Source: Candidatus Latescibacterota bacterium (GTDB lineage: Bacteria; Latescibacterota; UBA2968; GCA-2709665). From it: a stretch of 64,000 nt of DNA. Positions 58,687 through 64,000 of this stretch are shown piece after piece (within the stretch, counting starts at the first letter, position 1; the number at the start of each line of letters is the position of its first letter). The stretch is taken from the NCBI GenBank assembly GCA_965116875.1, contig OZ220733.1, positions 832,001 through 896,000 of the forward strand, written 5' to 3'. The notes beneath the pieces are model-generated. The model had not been told where the DNA came from and made no database searches. It saw only the letters and a program-made list of their open reading frames with translations. The translations under genes were made by a program, and so were the position numbers.

Positions 58687-58943
58687 CTCCCCCTCTTCCG
58701 TCTTCCTTCTCACCAGGTGGTGGGCCGGGGTATGGAGACCGGGAATAGGGTTTGAAACCCGAATTGACGCAACGTATATTGAAACCAGGACCTCGCGCGT
58801 GTGGACCGGTTCCCCGCAACCCCGGCACGACGCCGAAAAGTAGGCCCGGGTACCCCCGGATGCAAGCATAATCGGGTCAACGGACGCACCGGGATCGACG
58901 CGACTTCGTACACACATCGGATCGAACCTGAAAGGACCGTCTC

Positions 58944-61271
58944 ATGGGCGTAGATATCACGCTGGCGAACGAAATCCGGGTGCCGCGCCGTGGCGAGTGG
59001 CTCTGCAGGGGACTCCCGTTCCCGGAGGGATCTCTGTCGGATTCCGGGAGGCTGACCATGAAAGACGAGACCGGCCGGGTCCTGCCTCTCGCTGCGGAAG
59101 CGTTGGCCCGATGGCCCGACGGCTCCCTGAAGTGGGTGCTGCTTCAGTTTCCGGTGGACTTCGACCGCAATGGACGGAAGCAGTACGCGCTGACGTGCGG
59201 GGAGGACTCGCGGGAACCCGATACGGGTCCCGGGATTTCGATTTCGGAAACCGGGGCGGGGATCGAGGTTGACAACGGCGTTCTGCGGTTTCTGCTTCCT
59301 GATTCCGGAACGTCGTTTCTGGCTGAGTGCAGCAGGGGAGACAGGGCGTGTATCCGGACGGTAAGCGCACAGATCGAAGACGAAGCGGGCGTCGTATATA
59401 CGAGTTGTCTGGATAGAGAACCCCGCGTCGAGAGATCCACCGAAAAGATGCTGGTGGTGAGCAGGAAGGGCGCGCACCGTGACGAGGCCGGTCGAAAGCT
59501 GTTTTCGTTCGTTTTCCGGGTTACGGTATTCGCCGGCGCCGAGGACCTGGAAGTCGAATACCAGTTCATCCACGATGAGCCCTACCGGGACGTTCCGGAA
59601 CGGCGGAAACTGGCCCAGGGGATCGGCACCCCGAGCGTGGACCTGGAAAGTCCGCGTCTGCGTCAGCTGCGGGCGGTGCGGCTTGTGGTGGAACACGCCA
59701 AGGGGGGCGCCGACGAATTCGCAACCTGCCCCATCGCCACGGTTGGGAACCAGGGCCTGATCACGTGGGCCCGACCCATTCGGGGCCTGTTGACCGACGC
59801 CCCTCGTACGGCCATGTACGACGCGATGATCGACGCCGACGTGGACGACGGCGAGACACAGGTCGGCCGGTCGCACGGGTGGGTTTCCGCGGGGGACGGC
59901 GAAGGCGGGGTCGCGGCCTCGGTCCGGAAGTTCGTCCAGCAGTGGCCCAAGGGTTTTTCCGCGGACACCGAAAAAATCGTTCTGGATCTCTGGCCCGAGG
60001 CGGCGGGGCCGCTCGCGATCTTCCAGGGACAGGCCAAGTCGCATCAGGTCAAGCTGCGGGTGTACACGGGCCGCGCGGCCGGGGCCCGGCTGGCGGACTG
60101 GCACTTCGCGTATCAGTTTCCCGTGGTCTTCTCTTCTCCGGACTGGTTCATCGACTCCGGGGCCATCGGGCCCGTTTTCCGCTATCAGCCGGGGAAATAC
60201 AAGGGAATCGAGCAGAAGTTCCGCCTCGAATTCGAGCAATTCCTGGGATACGACCGGCGCCTGGGGATGATGGACTACGGAGACTACGAGCAGCTGATGA
60301 GCGCATCCTGGGGACGCGTGGATTTCATGGCCAATTGCGAGCACGACTTCGGCCAGACCGTGTATCTGCAGCTTGTTCGCACCGGCAATTACCTCTATCT
60401 CGATGCCTTCGAATCCGCGATCCGGCACGTGATGGACCTGGACATCATCCACTTCGACGATCACTTCGACGAGCGGGGCGGATGGACCTCCCACGGCGCC
60501 TTTCACGTCGGTGCGGACGGGAAGCCCAACTGCCACCTCTCGCACATGTGGGCGGAGGGGTTTCTGTCGTACTACTATTATTGCGGGTATACGCCTGCGC
60601 TGGAATCCGCGCGAGGCGTGGCGGACCTGATCTGCAGGAAGGTGGCGGCGGGGGGCGGGCGGCGCGGCGCAAGGGACCGGGGGTGGCCGTTGATCGCGCT
60701 GTGCAGCGTGTACCGGGCAACAGGGGAAAAGCGGTACGCTGAGACCGCGGAGACGATTGCGGCTTCCTTTACCGAGGGACCGGACCCGCTGGAACCCAAC
60801 GGCGGCTGCAGCGGCGGCTGGGGCCCCATCCCCTACCAGCAGGCCGTGATGGGCAGCATCGCCGCTACCGGGCTGGCATACCACCACCAGACCTTCGGGA
60901 ATCCCCTCAGCAGGGAATCGTTCCTGAGGGTGTGCGACTTTCTGGAAAGCGAGGACGTTCGCACGCCGGAAGGGCTCTATCTGTCCATGCCCGGAAACGA
61001 GACGCCGATGAGCTACATCGGTTTTTCCGCCCTCAGGGAGAGTATCGGCTACGCGTGGGAACTCACCGGTGACGAGAAGTACGTGCACGCCGGGCTGCGG
61101 GACATCGAAATGAACATGATTTCGACCTTCCCGTCCGTCGGGCATCTGGAAAAGACGAGATTCGGGTGCGAGGTCGTCCGCGCGACAGGCGACTCCATCA
61201 GCGTCATCTGGCGCGACCTGCTTCGGTTCTTCGACTACGCGGACAGGGCCGGGCTGCTGCGAGATTTTTAG
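58944..61271 (+). CDS. YetA/PcRGLX (PL26-like exo-rhamnogalacturonan lyase) family protein
   Basis: GLPFPEGSL..LARWPDGSLKWVLLQF N-terminal motif; GMMDYGD, SHMWAEG, RDRGWPL alpha-toroid. Confidence 0.7.
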   Translation: MGVDITLANEIRVPRRGEWLCRGLPFPEGSLSDSGRLTMKDETGRVLPLAAEALARWPDGSLKWVLLQFPVDFDRNGRKQYALTCGEDSREPDTGPGISISETGAGIEVDNGVLRFLLPDSGTSFLAECSRGDRACIRTVSAQIEDEAGVVYTSCLDREPRVERSTEKMLVVSRKGAHRDEAGRKLFSFVFRVTVFAGAEDLEVEYQFIHDEPYRDVPERRKLAQGIGTPSVDLESPRLRQLRAVRLVVEHAKGGADEFATCPIATVGNQGLITWARPIRGLLTDAPRTAMYDAMIDADVDDGETQVGRSHGWVSAGDGEGGVAASVRKFVQQWPKGFSADTEKIVLDLWPEAAGPLAIFQGQAKSHQVKLRVYTGRAAGARLADWHFAYQFPVVFSSPDWFIDSGAIGPVFRYQPGKYKGIEQKFRLEFEQFLGYDRRLGMMDYGDYEQLMSASWGRVDFMANCEHDFGQTVYLQLVRTGNYLYLDAFESAIRHVMDLDIIHFDDHFDERGGWTSHGAFHVGADGKPNCHLSHMWAEGFLSYYYYCGYTPALESARGVADLICRKVAAGGGRRGARDRGWPLIALCSVYRATGEKRYAETAETIAASFTEGPDPLEPNGGCSGGWGPIPYQQAVMGSIAATGLAYHHQTFGNPLSRESFLRVCDFLESEDVRTPEGLYLSMPGNETPMSYIGFSALRESIGYAWELTGDEKYVHAGLRDIEMNMISTFPSVGHLEKTRFGCEVVRATGDSISVIWRDLLRFFDYADRAGLLRDF

Positions 61272-61278
61272 CGACGCG

Positions 61279-62235
61279 TCAGCCTTCGTGGTGCCAGCAG
61301 GAAACGGCATGGTCGACCGATATCCGGGTCATTCCGGGATGCTCTTCCCGGCACCGGTCCGTCGCGCGGGGACAGCGCGGATGGAAGCGGCAACCGGACG
61401 GCGGTCGGGTCATGTCCGGCGGCTGCCCGGGGATGGTATCCAGACGCCCCCGTACCATCTTCGCGTTTTCCAGCAGTCCGATGGAATAGGGGTGCCGGGG
61501 GGAGTTCAGAAATGCACGGGTGGGCGCGATTTCGGCAACCCTGCCCGCGTACATCACGACGATCCTGTCGCTGAACTCCACGGCCAGGCCGAAATCGTGG
61601 GTGATCAGCACAGTGGACATCCCGTACGACGCCTTCATCCGGTTCATCAGGTCCATGATCTGCGCCTGCGTTGTGACGTCCAGCGCGGTGGTGGGTTCGT
61701 CGGCGATCATCAGCTTCGGCTCGCAGCTCAGCGCCATCGCAATCATCACGCGCTGCTTCATCCCTCCCGACAGTTCGAACGGGTAGTTCCGGTACCGCAA
61801 CGCCGGCGCCGGTATGCCCACCTCTTCCAGGAGTGAGACCGCGCGTTCGAAAGACCTTTTCCTGTCGGCGCGCCCGTGCCACAGTATGGGTTCGGCAATC
61901 TGCGGACCGCTCCGCATCGTGGGGTTGAGTGAAGTCTGCGGGTTCTGAAAAACGAACCCGACGTCGTTGCCGCGAATCTCCTGAAGCGCACGCTCATCCA
62001 GTTGCAGCAGATTCCGTCCCTCGAAGATCACCTCGCCGCCTTCGATCTTTCCCCGTCCGCCGATCAGTCTGACAACGGACAGCATGCTCACGCTCTTGCC
62101 GCTGCCGCTTTCCCCGACGATGCCCACGCTCTCCCGTTCCCCGACCTCGTACGAAATGCCGTCCACCGCCCGCACGATGCCGTCGCGGCGATAGAAGTAC
62201 GTCTTCAGATTCCGGATGTCGAGGAGAGTGGACAC
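61279..62235 (-). CDS. oppD: Oligopeptide/dipeptide ABC transporter ATP-binding subunit
   Basis: GESGSGKS, LSGGMKQR, ADEPTTALD, GCRFHPRCP. Confidence 0.9.
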   Translation of the reverse strand: MSTLLDIRNLKTYFYRRDGIVRAVDGISYEVGERESVGIVGESGSGKSVSMLSVVRLIGGRGKIEGGEVIFEGRNLLQLDERALQEIRGNDVGFVFQNPQTSLNPTMRSGPQIAEPILWHGRADRKRSFERAVSLLEEVGIPAPALRYRNYPFELSGGMKQRVMIAMALSCEPKLMIADEPTTALDVTTQAQIMDLMNRMKASYGMSTVLITHDFGLAVEFSDRIVVMYAGRVAEIAPTRAFLNSPRHPYSIGLLENAKMVRGRLDTIPGQPPDMTRPPSGCRFHPRCPRATDRCREEHPGMTRISVDHAVSCWHHEG

Positions 62236-62261
62236 GAACCTGCCTCACACGGGAGAGGGAC

Positions 62262-63164
62262 CTACTCTTTTGGGTTGAACGCGTCGTTCAGCCCGTCGCC
62301 CAGATACGTAAACGACAGCAGCGCAAGCGCGAACGTGGCGGCCGGCCACGCGAGCTGATAGGGAAAGGCCCTGAAATTCAGGCTTCCCACCTGGATCAGG
62401 ACCCCCCAACTGGGGCGCGGAGGCATCACCCCCAGCCCGAGCAGGCTCAGCGCCGACTCCGTCATCATCAGGCCGGGGACCATGAAGGCGATGGCGACGA
62501 TCAGCGGGCCGAAGGAATTCGGAAGCACGTACCGACGGATCGCGTACCGGTGCGTTGCCCCGAGCGCGCGCGCGGACTCCACGTATTCGAGGTTCTTGAT
62601 GGACAGGACCTGGGCGCGCATCAGCCGGGCGAACCCCACCCAGCCGGTGGCTGCGATGGCGATGAAGATCGTCACGATGCCCCGGCCAAGGACGGACACC
62701 AGGATGATGCTGAACAGAAAACCGGGGAACGCGTACATCACATCGGTAAACCGCATCAACACGTTGTCCACGACGCCGCCCGCGTATCCCGCGACCGCGC
62801 CGATGAGCCCGCCGATCGCCACTGAAATCACGGTGGCGCCGAATGCGACGGCCAGGGCCGTCTGAAGACTGAAGATCAGACGGCTGAAGATGTCACGCCC
62901 CACCTCGTCCGTCCCGGCGATGTGCCGCCAGGACGGCGGCTGGTACGCGTTGTCCAGGTCGATCTGGTTGTACCCGTACGGCGCGATGGTATCCGCGAGG
63001 GCTGCAACCAGAACCATCGCAATCACAAACGCCAGGCTCAGCACCGCGAGCCGGTTCGACGCGAATCGTTGCCAGACGGCGCCCCAATAGGAGATCCGTA
63101 GCGGCCGGGGCGACGACTCATCCGCATCGGAGGGCTTACGGCCGGCCGGATTCAATACAGACAC
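62262..63164 (-). CDS. oppC: Oligopeptide/dipeptide ABC permease
   Basis: GTDEVGRDIFSR, EYVESARALGA, LGDGLNDAFNP. Confidence 0.9.
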   Translation of the reverse strand: MSVLNPAGRKPSDADESSPRPLRISYWGAVWQRFASNRLAVLSLAFVIAMVLVAALADTIAPYGYNQIDLDNAYQPPSWRHIAGTDEVGRDIFSRLIFSLQTALAVAFGATVISVAIGGLIGAVAGYAGGVVDNVLMRFTDVMYAFPGFLFSIILVSVLGRGIVTIFIAIAATGWVGFARLMRAQVLSIKNLEYVESARALGATHRYAIRRYVLPNSFGPLIVAIAFMVPGLMMTESALSLLGLGVMPPRPSWGVLIQVGSLNFRAFPYQLAWPAATFALALLSFTYLGDGLNDAFNPKE

Positions 63165-63188
63165 GCGTTTTCTCCTCCCAAAGGGTCA

Positions 63189-64000
63189 TCACCTGTTTTG
63201 TCTATAGCTCGCCCGGATGCGCGGATCGATCAGCGCGTACCCGATATCCACGAGCAGGTTCATCAGCATAATCAGGAATCCGAAGAACAGGGTGGACGTG
63301 ATGATCATCGGATAATCGCGGGTCCCGGCGGCGGCGACGAACAGCTTGCCCAGGCCGGGGATATTGAAGATTTCCTCGATGAACGCCGTGCTTACCATGA
63401 GGTTGGCGAACTGCGGTCCGGTAATCGTCAGCAGGGGGATCAGCGAATTCCGCAACGCGTGGCGGAAGACCGCCTTGTTCCGGTTTCCCCCTTTCGAGAA
63501 GACCGTTCGCACGTAGTCTTCACCCATTTCCTTGATCAGGCTCACCCGGACGTACCGGGCGATGCCCGCAACCGGCTGGAAGACCATCGCCATGACCGGA
63601 AGCACCGCGTACTCCCAGGTCCCCCATCCGGACGTGGGAAAGAGCTGGAGCGTCACGGCGAAGAAGACGATCACCAGCAGGGCGATGACGTAGGACGGAA
63701 TGCAGATGCCCAGCATGGAAACGAACATGGTCGCGCGGTCGATCCACGTATTCCGGTACAGCGCCGCGCCAATGCCCATGGGAATGCCGATCAGGAGGGC
63801 AAGCAACATCGGCGAGAAGGCCAGGACGAACGTGCGCGGAAAGGCCGTCGTCATCATTTCCTGAATGGTCGTATCCGGATAGCGGAACGAGGGTCCGAAG
63901 TCCAGAACGGCCGCGTGCCGCAGATAGATCAGGATCTGCTCCCAGACGGGCGTATTCTCGCCGTAGCGTTCCTCCCAGAGCATGAGCGTCTGGCTCTTCT
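63189..64000 (-). CDS. oppB: Oligopeptide/dipeptide ABC permease (5' end outside window)
   Basis: DFGPS, DYVRT..SKG, HALRNSLIP, PGLG, RDYP, DPRIR. Confidence 0.9.
   Translation of the reverse strand, partial: KSQTLMLWEERYGENTPVWEQILIYLRHAAVLDFGPSFRYPDTTIQEMMTTAFPRTFVLAFSPMLLALLIGIPMGIGAALYRNTWIDRATMFVSMLGICIPSYVIALLVIVFFAVTLQLFPTSGWGTWEYAVLPVMAMVFQPVAGIARYVRVSLIKEMGEDYVRTVFSKGGNRNKAVFRHALRNSLIPLLTITGPQFANLMVSTAFIEEIFNIPGLGKLFVAAAGTRDYPMIITSTLFFGFLIMLMNLLVDIGYALIDPRIRASYRQNR

Noticed and set aside
58710-61310. 866-aa minus-strand ORF that would fill the opp operon gap
   Set aside because: Antisense frame of the YetA-like gene, which carries the recognisable motifs and an SD.

Overview
GC-rich bacterial chromosomal window. 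The short region-1.1-less sigma70, PorV/T9SS-type proteins, GWxTD protein, DUF6785-type transporters and a dockerin-like EF-hand tail point to an FCB-superphylum organism, most likely Ca. Latescibacterota; this is inference, as no search was run. Layout: (1) 1-14.5 kb is housekeeping/envelope genes: beta-propeller protein, orphan BMC-H shell protein, DegP, RpoD-type sigma, frameshifted DUF2723 protein, rhomboid, M23 peptidase, PpiD, cytidylate-kinase-like protein. (2) 14.8-41.3 kb is a catabolic/amino-sugar island. It has a heparinase II/III-like protein, AraD1/GguC and an amidohydrolase, then a 22-kb minus-strand run: two DUF6785 transporters, three Gfo/Idh/MocA dehydrogenases, a DegT aminotransferase, an active plus a Zn-ligand-less homocysteine methyltransferase pair, a nucleotidyltransferase-like protein and CE4-like proteins. 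A decayed toxin-antitoxin/AAA-ATPase islet interrupts this run. (3) 41.5-53.4 kb is a co-oriented outer-membrane cassette: beta-barrel, temptin-like di-CxxCH cytochrome with dockerin tail, TonB-dependent receptor, T9SS-CTD-bearing cargo, PorV paralog, TPR-GWxTD protein, TonB. This is the best candidate for an undescribed system. (4) 54.7-64 kb holds a TPR protein and an Opp/Dpp ABC operon split by an antisense YetA/PL26-like gene. Intergenic DNA is rich in nested MITEs, REPs and short repeats. No rRNA, tRNA or CRISPR array was seen. All calls come from motif recognition by eye.
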